From assembly GCA_964658025.1 (NCBI GenBank), contig CAZZXB010000062.1, positions 1 through 16,898 of the forward strand: 16,898 nt of DNA, given 5' to 3'. The position numbers and the translations under genes were made by a program. Positions within the stretch are counted from its first letter, which is position 1, and every line of letters starts with the position of its first letter. Positions 8,312-16,222 of the stretch are shown one piece after another. This stretch comes from an uncultured Janthinobacterium sp. GTDB lineage: Bacteria; Vulcanimicrobiota; Vulcanimicrobiia; Vulcanimicrobiales; Vulcanimicrobiaceae. A model generated the notes under the pieces. It saw only the letters and a list, made by a program, of their open reading frames with translations. It searched no databases and was not told the origin of the DNA.

Positions 8312-9652
8312 TCACGCGCGCGATCGCGTTTCGAGGTCGTAGAGTTCGAGGCCGTCGTCGTGCCACACCAAGCGGTAGCGGCGTTCGGCCGCGCCGCGGC
8401 GTAGCGTGGGGAGCCAGCGCGCGGTGAACCACGACGTCGCGTTCGTCGCGTCGACGAGCGCGTAACGCGGCGCGCGATCGAGGCCGAGCTCGGCGTTCGG
8501 ATCGAAGCCGACGTGCGCGTAGATCTCGTCGGAGGTGCCGACCTCGAGATCGCGACCGACGCGCGCCACGGCGGCGTCGAGCGCCGCGTCGTGCGCCGTG
8601 CGCGGGCCGAGATAATGACCCCAGTGCGTCGGGCTCGCGAAGATGAGATCGATCGCGCAGAGCGCGATCGACGCACGGAGCGCGAGGCGCGCGGGGCGCG
8701 GGCGTCGCGCGAACGTCGTCGCGAGGCCGAGCGCGAACGCGAAGAGGACGTAGCCGATCCAAATCGCCGCGTAGTGGGTGCCCATCGTGTACGTCATCGA
8801 TTCGTGCGATCCGAGCACTTCGGCGAACCCGGGGAGCGCGAGGACGAACGCCGGCGAGACGACGCAGACGAACGCGAGCGGCAACAACGCTTCGACGAGA
8901 TATGCGGGCCGTCCGATCGACCACCACGGCGCGACGCCGTGCGGGTCGCCGTCGCGCGACCACGCGTAGAAGTGCGTCGGTGCCCACGCATCGTGCGCGC
9001 CCGCGAGCGGCCGGATCACGGAGAAGTACGCGACGAACGTCGCGACCGCGAGCACCGCGGCCGCGCCGCAGAATCGCGCGCGCGCGCCGTCGCGGCGTAG
9101 CGCGAAGAACGCGCACGCGACGGCGCCGCCGAAGGCGACGACGACGCTCTGATCTTCCTTGATCGAGAGCGCGACGACGAGCAGGCCCGCGGCGAGCGCG
9201 AACCGCCGCGCGTCGATCGCCCACAACAGCCAGAGCGTCGCCGCCGGTGCGAGCGCGTTTTCGTGAAAGTCGGTGAACGCGACGCCGACGAGCGGCGGAT
9301 AGAGCGCGACGACGACCGCGCAACCGAATGCGAGCGCCTCCGGAAGGCGCGAGCGCGCGACGAGATAGACGGGTGGGATCGCGAGCGCGCAAGCGGCGGC
9401 CTGGATCGCCGTCAGCGCGAGCGGCGATCGCGTGAGGAGGACGAGCGGCGCGCAGAGATAGAGGATCGGCGAAAAATGGAACGTGAAGTGGCTCCCCGCC
9501 TCCGTCGTATTACGGAAGCCGTGGAAGACCGTCGAGATGCTCTGCGTGAAGAGGCCGAGATCCGATCCCGAACGGTACGTCGCGTAGCGATCGACGCCGA
9601 GCGCGAACAGCACGGTCGCGTAGCCCGCGCACAGGAGCCAGACCCGCCGCAC
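8312..9652 (-). CDS. DUF2079-family polytopic membrane protein (GT-C-like, putative glycosyltransferase)
   Basis: DLGLFTQ, HFSPILYL, DFHE and IKED motifs recalled for DUF2079; many hydrophobic helices; GTG start abuts the upstream permease stop (TAAGTG). Confidence 0.8.
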   Translation of the reverse strand: MRRVWLLCAGYATVLFALGVDRYATYRSGSDLGLFTQSISTVFHGFRNTTEAGSHFTFHFSPILYLCAPLVLLTRSPLALTAIQAAACALAIPPVYLVARSRLPEALAFGCAVVVALYPPLVGVAFTDFHENALAPAATLWLLWAIDARRFALAAGLLVVALSIKEDQSVVVAFGGAVACAFFALRRDGARARFCGAAAVLAVATFVAYFSVIRPLAGAHDAWAPTHFYAWSRDGDPHGVAPWWSIGRPAYLVEALLPLAFVCVVSPAFVLALPGFAEVLGSHESMTYTMGTHYAAIWIGYVLFAFALGLATTFARRPRPARLALRASIALCAIDLIFASPTHWGHYLGPRTAHDAALDAAVARVGRDLEVGTSDEIYAHVGFDPNAELGLDRAPRYALVDATNATSWFTARWLPTLRRGAAERRYRLVWHDDGLELYDLETRSRA

Positions 9653-11161
9653 TTATTCGTCCGGCGTGACCGCGTACGTCTCGAGATCGGGGCGCGACTT
9701 GCGAAAGCCGTACGCGAAGTAGATCGCGAGACCCACGAGGAGCGAGCCCACGAACCAGACGAGCGTGTCGCGGTTGAGACCGAACACGATGAGGCCGAGC
9801 GAGAGCAGGATGCCGATCGCCGGGAAGACCGGCACGAACGGCGAGCGGAACGGGCGCGGCAGATCCGGACGCTTGTAGCGCAGCCAGATCACGCCCGCGC
9901 AGACGACGATGAACGCCGCGAGCGTCCCGATGTTGACGAGGTTGAGCAGGTTGTTGAGCGGCACGATCAACGCGAGCACGGCGACGCCGCACCCCGTGAT
10001 CATCGTCATGAGTGCGGGCGTCTTGAAGCGCGGGTGGACGCGCGAGACGAACGGCGGGAGCATGCGATCGCGCGACATCACGTAGAAGATGCGCGTCTGG
10101 CCGAGCAGCGACGACAGCGCCACGCTCGTCGTCCCCGCGAGGATGCCCGCGATGATCGTCCAGTTCACGAACGGATTGTGGAGCGGCGCGACGGCGCTCG
10201 CGAGCGCCGCGTTCTGATCGACCTTCTGCCACGGCACGATGCCGACGAGCATCACGGCGACGACGCAGTAGATCACCGTTCCGATCAGCAGCGCGCCGAG
10301 CACGCCGACCGGGACGTCGCGCTGCGGTCGCCGGCATTCTTCCGCGGTCGTCGTCGCCGTGTCGAATCCGATGTACGAGAAGAAGACGAGCGCGGCGGCC
10401 GGGATGATGCCCTGGCCGCCTCCGCCGTTGAACGGCGTGAACGTCCCCCAACCGAGCGGGACGAACGGCACGAGGTTGGCGGCGTGGAAGAGCGACGCGC
10501 CCGCGATCACGAACACGACGAGCGCCGCGATCTTGAGGACGACGAAGATATTATTCGTCGTTGCCGTCTCGCGGATACCGACGCACAACAACACCGAGAG
10601 TAAGAGGACGAAGGTCGCCGCGACGACGTCGTATTGCGAGCGCGCGAGATCCCACGACCAGAACTGCCACCAGGCTCCGTGCATCACGAGATTCGAACCC
10701 TGAGCCCACGCGGGGAGCGCGAGTCCGAAACTTCTGAACGCGTCCTGCAACGCGGAAGAGAACTGTTGCGCGACGGGCGCCGCGCTGATGCCGTATTCGA
10801 AGAGTAAGGCGAATCCGATGATCCACGCGACGAGCTGACCGAGCGTCGCGTACGCGTACGTGTACGCGCTCCCCGCGATCGGGACCATCGCGCCGAGTTC
10901 CGCGTAACTCAGCGCCGCGAAAAACGCGGCGCATCCGGCGAGGACGAACGCGATGACGATCGCGGGACCGGCGAGCTTGACGCCGGGTCCGATCGTCGTG
11001 AAGATGCCGCCGCCGATCATCGATCCGAGCCCGACGGCGATGAGGTCGCGCGCGCGGAGGACGCGACGCAACTTCGAGGTCGCACGCTTCTCGTCGCGCA
11101 TGGCGTCGATCGACGTCTTAGAAAAAAGACGTCCGATCAAGGAAGTCCTGCCAACTGCCAT
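9653..11161 (-). CDS. APC-superfamily amino acid permease (CAT/YfnA/GkApcT-like)
   Basis: GSMIGGGIF (TM1), GSAYTYAY, FEY (TM3), FSYIGFD (TM6), GQTRIFYVMSRD, RPFRSP; about 12 TM segments. Confidence 0.93.
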   Translation of the reverse strand: MAVGRTSLIGRLFSKTSIDAMRDEKRATSKLRRVLRARDLIAVGLGSMIGGGIFTTIGPGVKLAGPAIVIAFVLAGCAAFFAALSYAELGAMVPIAGSAYTYAYATLGQLVAWIIGFALLFEYGISAAPVAQQFSSALQDAFRSFGLALPAWAQGSNLVMHGAWWQFWSWDLARSQYDVVAATFVLLLSVLLCVGIRETATTNNIFVVLKIAALVVFVIAGASLFHAANLVPFVPLGWGTFTPFNGGGGQGIIPAAALVFFSYIGFDTATTTAEECRRPQRDVPVGVLGALLIGTVIYCVVAVMLVGIVPWQKVDQNAALASAVAPLHNPFVNWTIIAGILAGTTSVALSSLLGQTRIFYVMSRDRMLPPFVSRVHPRFKTPALMTMITGCGVAVLALIVPLNNLLNLVNIGTLAAFIVVCAGVIWLRYKRPDLPRPFRSPFVPVFPAIGILLSLGLIVFGLNRDTLVWFVGSLLVGLAIYFAYGFRKSRPDLETYAVTPDE

Positions 11162-11169
11162 CGGGCGGC

Positions 11170-11194
11170 ATTCGCGCCGGGCGTTACGTCCCTC
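11170..11194 (-). promoter_or_regulatory. Putative sigma-H-like promoter (GAGG-N16-CGAAT) for the permease, possibly leaderless
   Basis: Minus strand GAGG 11194-11191, CGAAT 11174-11170; CGAA ends 9 nt before ATG 11161; no SD near the ATG. Confidence 0.4.
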
Positions 11195-11197
11195 CCG

Positions 11198-11818
11198 CTA
11201 CGTCGGCGGTTGGGACTTCGCGTTCCAGACGTGATCGGCGATGCCGAAGGCGCGATTGATCCAACGCGCCCAGACGAAGAGCGCGTCGGAGAGGCGATTG
11301 ACGAAGCGCATCGCGTCGGCCGAGATCGGCTCGTTGTCGCGCAGCGCCACGAGCAGGCGTTCCGCGCGACGCGAGATCGTGCGCGCTTGATGCAGAAAGC
11401 CGGCCGCGGCCGAGCCGCCGGGATGGATGAAATTCGCGAGCGGTTCGAGACCGCTCTGGGCCACGTCGATCGCGCGCTCGAGCGCGGCGACGTCGGCCGC
11501 GCCGATGATCGGCATCCCGTCCCAACGATCTTGCGGGAGCGTCGCGAGATCGGTGCCGAGGTTGAAGAGCGCGTCCTGCGTCCACGCGAGCCACGCGTCG
11601 AGTTCGCGCGAACGATCCGCCGCATCGGGCGCGTCCGGCGGCGGCATCGCCATCGCCTGCGCGAGCTGCGCGCGCGCGAGACCGAGCGAGCTCGAGAGTT
11701 CGTCGATCGTGCCGAACGCCTCGATGCGAAGCGCGTTCTTTTTCACGCGTTGGCCGCCTACGAGTCCGGTCATTCCGTCGTCGCCCGTGCGCGTGTAGAT
11801 GCGCGTGTACTTCGTCAT
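11198..11818 (-). CDS. ATP:cob(I)alamin adenosyltransferase, PduO/YvqK type
   Basis: IYTRTGDDGMTGLVGGQRVKK, EAFGTIDEL, FIHPGG, RTISRRAER, NRLSDALF motifs. Confidence 0.94.
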   Translation of the reverse strand: MTKYTRIYTRTGDDGMTGLVGGQRVKKNALRIEAFGTIDELSSSLGLARAQLAQAMAMPPPDAPDAADRSRELDAWLAWTQDALFNLGTDLATLPQDRWDGMPIIGAADVAALERAIDVAQSGLEPLANFIHPGGSAAAGFLHQARTISRRAERLLVALRDNEPISADAMRFVNRLSDALFVWARWINRAFGIADHVWNAKSQPPT

Positions 11819-11827
11819 GCTCGAACG

Positions 11828-11853
11828 TTCGGGTTCGCGACGCGGGGCTCCGG
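11828..11853 (-). promoter_or_regulatory. Putative sigma-H-like promoter (CCGG-N18-CGAA) for the adenosyltransferase, possibly leaderless
   Basis: Minus strand CCGGAG from 11853, CGAA 11831-11828, 9 nt before ATG 11818; no SD visible. Confidence 0.3.
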
Positions 11854-11855
11854 CC

Positions 11856-11880
11856 GAGGAACGCCCGCCCGCCGCCCGAA
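11856..11880 (+). promoter_or_regulatory. Putative sigma-H-like promoter (GAGG-N17-CGAA) for proS
   Basis: AGGA 11857-11860, 17 nt, GAA 11878-11880; matches the Bacillus sigma-H AGGA...GAAT layout; divergent gap must hold a promoter and shows no TANNNT -10. Confidence 0.4.
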
Positions 11881-11895
11881 GCTGTGGCGCTTGTC

Positions 11896-13359
11896 ATGTC
11901 CGAGACCGTAGAGCGCACGCCGCTCGTCAAAGAGATTCCGCCGAAATCCGCCGATCTCTCCGAATGGTATCAGGCGGTCTGCTACAAGGCGGAGCTCGTT
12001 TCGCTCGCGCCCGTCCGCGGCTGCGTGGTCCTGCGGCCGTACGGTTTCGGGTTGTGGGAGCGTCTGCAAGCCGAACTCGACTCGCGCTTCAAAGCGACCG
12101 GGCACGAGAACGCGTACTTTCCGCTGCTCATCCCCGAGAGTCTCCTCACGCGCGAGGCGGAGCACGTCGAGGGGTTCGCGCCCGAGGTCGCGTGGGTGAC
12201 GCAGGGCGGCAACGAGACGCTCGCGGAACGGCTCGCGATCCGACCGACGTCGGAAGTCGTGATCGGGACGATGTACGCGGAATGGTTGCAGTCGTATCGC
12301 GATCTTCCGATCCTCATCAATCAGTGGGCGAACGTGATGCGCTGGGAGAAGCGCACGCGGCCGTTCTTGCGGACGCTCGAGTTCTTGTGGCAGGAAGGTC
12401 ACACCGCGCACGCGACCGAGGCCGAGGCGGCGGCCGAGGTCGCGCAGATGCTCGAGGTCTACCGCGAGGTCTCCGAAGACGTCGTCGCGGTCCCCGTCTA
12501 CACGGGCGAGAAGTCCGCTTCGGAACGCTTCGCGGGCGCGACGCACACGTACTCGATCGAAGCGCTCATGCCCGACGGTCGCGCGCTCCAAGCGGGCACG
12601 TCGCACGAACTGGGACAAAATTTCTCTAAAGCGTACGACATCAAATTCACGGCCGAGGATCAGACGATCAAGCACGCGTGGACGACGTCGTGGGGGATGT
12701 CGTGGCGCATGCTCGGCGCGCTCATCATGGTCCACGGCGACGATCGCGGGCTGCGCATCCCGCCGAAGATGGCGCCGATCGAAGCCGTCATCGTGCCGAT
12801 CGTGCAGAAGAACTCGGAGGACGTCGTGGCCGCGGCGCGCGACTTGTTCGCCTCGCTACGGCGCGCGGGTTTACGCGTGAAGCTCGACGAGCGCGACTTG
12901 CGTCCGGGGAATAAATTCGCCGATTGGGAGATGCGCGGCGTCCCCTTACGGATCGAGTTCGGCGCGAGAGATCTCGCGGCGGGAAACGCGACGATCGTCC
13001 GTCGCGATATGGAGAAGGGCGACGAGGGCGCCAAGATCGCGGTCCCGCTCGCCGAGGTCGCGGCGCGGATCCCGCTCCTGCTCGCCGAGATCCAGACGCA
13101 TCTCTTCGAACAGGCGCGGACGTTCTTGCACGGGCACACGCCGAAGCCCGACACGCGCGACGCGTTCTTCGCGCTCTGCCGCGATCGGGCGGGGATGATC
13201 GAGATTCCGTGGTGCGGCACCGCCGCGTGCGAGACGGTCGTGAAAAACGAGACGAGCGCCACGACGCGCAACACGCGGCCGCTCGCCGAGGGCGGGCTCG
13301 CCTGCGTCGCGTGCGGCGAACCGGCGCGCCTTCGCGCGTACTTCGCGCAGAGTTATTAG
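11896..13359 (+). CDS. proS: Proline--tRNA ligase, archaeal/eukaryotic (Thermus-like) type
   Basis: HVEGFAPEVAWVT, RPTSE, QWANVMRWE, FLRTLEFLWQEGHT, QAGTSHELGQNF, HGDDRGL; C-terminal WCGTAAC...CVAC and terminal Tyr; no INS editing domain. Start ATG 11896 or GTG 11884. Confidence 0.96.
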   Translation: MSETVERTPLVKEIPPKSADLSEWYQAVCYKAELVSLAPVRGCVVLRPYGFGLWERLQAELDSRFKATGHENAYFPLLIPESLLTREAEHVEGFAPEVAWVTQGGNETLAERLAIRPTSEVVIGTMYAEWLQSYRDLPILINQWANVMRWEKRTRPFLRTLEFLWQEGHTAHATEAEAAAEVAQMLEVYREVSEDVVAVPVYTGEKSASERFAGATHTYSIEALMPDGRALQAGTSHELGQNFSKAYDIKFTAEDQTIKHAWTTSWGMSWRMLGALIMVHGDDRGLRIPPKMAPIEAVIVPIVQKNSEDVVAAARDLFASLRRAGLRVKLDERDLRPGNKFADWEMRGVPLRIEFGARDLAAGNATIVRRDMEKGDEGAKIAVPLAEVAARIPLLLAEIQTHLFEQARTFLHGHTPKPDTRDAFFALCRDRAGMIEIPWCGTAACETVVKNETSATTRNTRPLAEGGLACVACGEPARLRAYFAQSY

Positions 13360-13366
13360 GCGCCGT

Positions 13367-13930
13367 ATGATCTCCGCCCGTTCTCGCGCGACGCGCGCGA
13401 GCTTCGTCGTGTCGGCGGTCTCGGCGCTCGCGATCGTGACGACGCTCTTCGCCTCTCCCGTCGTCGCGCGCGCGACGGGCGACGTCGCGTCGGTCGATGC
13501 GGCCGCGCGCGCCGCGGGCAATCGCAAGGCGACGGCGATCGCGATCGGACGTCGCCTCTTCGCGACGGTGCGACCCGTTCAGATCCTCAAGGTCCGCGTC
13601 GACGGCATCGGCTCGCACGAGGTCGCCGGGCTCGTGCTTTCGGGGAGAAAGTTTCACGGACCGGTCGACGCGGGCGGCATCGCCGCGGAAATCGTCGCGA
13701 TCGTCGACGAGACCTTCGGCGCGAGCGACGTCGAGGAAGTCGACGTCTGGATCACCGTGCCGATCGCGGTCGGCGAGCACGCCGTCGTCGCGGGCGACAA
13801 GGCGATGCCGACCACGCGGATCGTCTACGCGACGACCGTGCTCCGCGCCGATCGCGCGACGCTCGCCGCTCGCTTGCGAGCGGGGACGGGCGTGTATTGG
13901 TACGCGCCGTGGAAGTCCGCGCTCCGCTAG
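13367..13930 (+). CDS. Secreted hypothetical protein
   Basis: Arg-rich N-region, hydrophobic stretch, ARA cleavage-like motif; 7 nt after the proS stop; coding-like codon usage. Confidence 0.8.
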   Translation: MISARSRATRASFVVSAVSALAIVTTLFASPVVARATGDVASVDAAARAAGNRKATAIAIGRRLFATVRPVQILKVRVDGIGSHEVAGLVLSGRKFHGPVDAGGIAAEIVAIVDETFGASDVEEVDVWITVPIAVGEHAVVAGDKAMPTTRIVYATTVLRADRATLAARLRAGTGVYWYAPWKSALR

Positions 13931-13959
13931 GCCTGCGGTCGTGAGAGGCGGCGCGATAA

Positions 13960-13984
13960 GAGGAGCGCGCGGCCGACCGGGCAA
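13960..13984 (+). promoter_or_regulatory. Putative variant promoter (GAGG-N17-GCAA) upstream of the M16 peptidase
   Basis: GAGG 13960-13963, GCAA 13981-13984; same spacing as the proS and dxr elements, followed by a leader with SD GAGGGA 14014-14019. Confidence 0.25.
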
Positions 13985-14025
13985 CATCGAACGGTTGCTC
14001 TTGGAGAAGGCTCGAGGGATTCTTT

Positions 14026-15282
14026 TTGTATCGTAAGACCACGCTCCCCAACGGCGTCCGCGTTCTGACCGAAACGATGCCCCACGTCCGTTCCGCCTCG
14101 CTCGGCATCTGGAGCGACGTCGGCAGCGCGGCCGAAGCGCCGGAGCTGCGCGGGATCTCGCATCTCGTCGAGCACATGCTGTTCAAAGGCACCGAGCGTC
14201 GCACGTCGCGCGAGATCGCCGAGACGATGGACGGCGTCGGCGGCAACCTCAACGCGTTCACCGATAAAGAAGTGACCTGCTATTATGCGAAGGTCATCGA
14301 CACGCACGTTCCGCTCGCGATCGACGTCCTCGCCGATATGTTCCTGCACTCCACCTTCGATCCGTCGGAACTCGCGAAAGAGCAGAAGGTCGTGCTCGAA
14401 GAGATCAAGATGTACGACGACTCGCCCGACGACATGATCCACGATCTCTTCGTCCGCACGATGTGGAGCGGATCGAATCTCGGGGAGCCGACGATCGGTT
14501 ACGCGGAGACGATCTCGGCGCTCACGAGCGACGATCTGCGCGCCCACATGCGCGCGCACTACGCGCCGAACGTCTGCGTGTTCGCGGCGGCGGGAAACGT
14601 CGATCACGACGCGATCGTCGCGCTCGTCGAGGCGGCGTTCGCCGGATTCGCGGGACGCGCGGTCGCGCCGAAACCCGAAACGCCGACGCTCACGCCGAAA
14701 ACGCTCGTCAAGAAAAAAGACACCGAGCAGGCGTACGTCGTGCTCGGCACGCGCGGCCTCTCGGTCCGCGACGAGCGGCGTTACGCGCTCTCCGTGCTCG
14801 ACACGATCCTCGGCGGCGGGATGTCGAGTCGGTTGTTCCAGGAAGTCCGCGAGAAACGCGGTCTCGCGTACAGCGTCTACACGTTTCAGCAGGGCTATCG
14901 CGGTGCGGGCCTCTTCGGCGTCTCCGCCGGGACGTCGCCCGCGTCCGTCGACGAGTGCATCGACGTCGTCGTGAGCGAACTCGCGTCGTTCGCCGAGTCC
15001 GGGCCGACGGCGGGCGAAGTCGCGCTCGCGCGCGAGCATCTCAAAGGCTCGATGACGCTCGGTCTCGAGAGCAGTTCCGCGCGGATGATCCGCCTGGGCC
15101 GCAGCGAGTTCAACCTCGGCGAGCAACTCGAAATCGAGGCGATCGAGCGCGCGATCGACGCGGTCGACGTCGAACAGGTCGCCGCGCTCGCGCGCGAGGT
15201 GCTCGCGACCGACGGCCTCGGCCTCTGCGTGCTCGGACCGGTCGAAGACCAGGAGATCCGTCGGCATATCAGCGCCGCGTGA
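14026..15282 (+). CDS. M16 family (pitrilysin-like, YmxG/MlpA-like) zinc peptidase
   Basis: Inverted zinc motif HLVEH in GISHLVEHMLFKGT, NAFTDKE, LGGGMSSRLFQEVREKRGLAYSV; TTG start with SD GAGGGA. Confidence 0.94.
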   Translation: MYRKTTLPNGVRVLTETMPHVRSASLGIWSDVGSAAEAPELRGISHLVEHMLFKGTERRTSREIAETMDGVGGNLNAFTDKEVTCYYAKVIDTHVPLAIDVLADMFLHSTFDPSELAKEQKVVLEEIKMYDDSPDDMIHDLFVRTMWSGSNLGEPTIGYAETISALTSDDLRAHMRAHYAPNVCVFAAAGNVDHDAIVALVEAAFAGFAGRAVAPKPETPTLTPKTLVKKKDTEQAYVVLGTRGLSVRDERRYALSVLDTILGGGMSSRLFQEVREKRGLAYSVYTFQQGYRGAGLFGVSAGTSPASVDECIDVVVSELASFAESGPTAGEVALAREHLKGSMTLGLESSSARMIRLGRSEFNLGEQLEIEAIERAIDAVDVEQVAALAREVLATDGLGLCVLGPVEDQEIRRHISAA

Positions 15283-16181
15283 CGCATCCCGCTCTCGCGC
15301 ACGTCCCCCCGTGTAGCGCGCAAGAGATCGCCCGTCTCGCACGCGGCGGCTTCTGGACGCCGTCGCTCGTCATCGCGCTCACGCTCAACGTCGCGGTGAC
15401 GGCGCTGCAGATCGGCGCCTACGCGGGCCGCATCGCGGGCGTGCGCACGGGTCGGATCGGAACCTCGATCTCGCTGTTCAACTTTTTCACGCTCGCGAGT
15501 CGGCTCGCGACGCTCGTCGTGACGCCCGCGCTCGGCAGCCTCGCCGACGGCGCGGCGCAGTTCGCGACGTGCGCGGGCTACATCCCGCCCGTCTTCGCGT
15601 GGCAGTTGCGCGCGATCGTCGGCGCCGGAGCGCTCGGCGCGATGGTCGGCACGCTCTTGCTCCCGACGTTCATCTTTCTCTTCATGCGCGGCGTGTATTC
15701 GTTCGAGCGACGCCGGTCGATGCTCGGCGCCGTCGCGCGGTTGTTCGATCCGCGCGTCCTGCTCGACGTGATCCGTAGCGTTCGGCCGCCGCCGCTGCGC
15801 GCGCTCGCCTCGTTCTCGCCGCGCGCGCTTCCGTTGCAATTACTCGTCGGGAACGTCGTCGTCACGGGCGTCTACGCGATCGGCGTCACGGCGGCGTTCT
15901 ACGCGAGCGTGATCGATCTCGACGCGCGGACGACGGCGACCGGGCTCTCCGGGCTCGTCAACGGCATCGGGACCGTCGCGTTTTCCTTCTTCGTCGATCC
16001 GACGACGGCGTATATCACGGATCAAGCGGTGAAGGGCGAACGTCCGATCGAAGACGTCCGCGCGATGGTGTTCTGGCTCGCCGTCACGGCGATCGTCGGC
16101 TGGATCCTCTCGCAGATCATCCTCATCCCGGGCGCGTACCTCATCGCGGCGGGCGCGCACGTCTTCCATCGAACGCATTGA
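15279..16181 (+). CDS. amj: Lipid II flippase Amj family protein (DUF2837)
   Basis: RIAGVRTGRIGTSISLFN...SR, YAIGV, SGLVNGIGT...FVDP motifs recalled for Amj; multi-TM; start moved to GTG 15279 overlapping the peptidase stop. Confidence 0.85.
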   Translation: MTHPALAHVPPCSAQEIARLARGGFWTPSLVIALTLNVAVTALQIGAYAGRIAGVRTGRIGTSISLFNFFTLASRLATLVVTPALGSLADGAAQFATCAGYIPPVFAWQLRAIVGAGALGAMVGTLLLPTFIFLFMRGVYSFERRRSMLGAVARLFDPRVLLDVIRSVRPPPLRALASFSPRALPLQLLVGNVVVTGVYAIGVTAAFYASVIDLDARTTATGLSGLVNGIGTVAFSFFVDPTTAYITDQAVKGERPIEDVRAMVFWLAVTAIVGWILSQIILIPGAYLIAAGAHVFHRTH

Positions 16182-16222
16182 TGGACCAGCATACGATTCG
16201 TTCACGCTCGTCGGAGGCGTCG

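Noticed and set aside
11819..11895. T-box leader for proS or cobalamin riboswitch for the adenosyltransferase
   Set aside because: Gap is only 77 bp and has no T-box (GGTGGNACC) or B12-box motif.
443..14718. A6 runs (443-448, 1431-1436, 14713-14718) as frameshift or phase-variation sites
   Set aside because: They encode Lys-Lys in intact, full-length genes; no frameshift is needed.
98..15342. Long overlapping ORFs such as 98..1096(-), 3177..4850(+), 7986..9392(-), 9263..10603(+), 12788..13987(-), 13927..15342(-)
   Set aside because: Arg/Ala-rich shadow frames of recognised genes, expected at high GC; no motifs.
16169..16197. Possible sigma-70 promoter TCGAAC-N17-TACGAT before the lipoprotein gene
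   Set aside because: Weak match (3/6 and 4/6) and no independent support.
1526..16222. Extended N-termini from the ORF track (1526 frr, 3106 cdsA, 5025 rseP, 14463 amj, 16178 lipoprotein) suggesting fusions
   Set aside because: Extensions overlap upstream genes or lack SD; stop/start overlaps or SDs give family-typical lengths.
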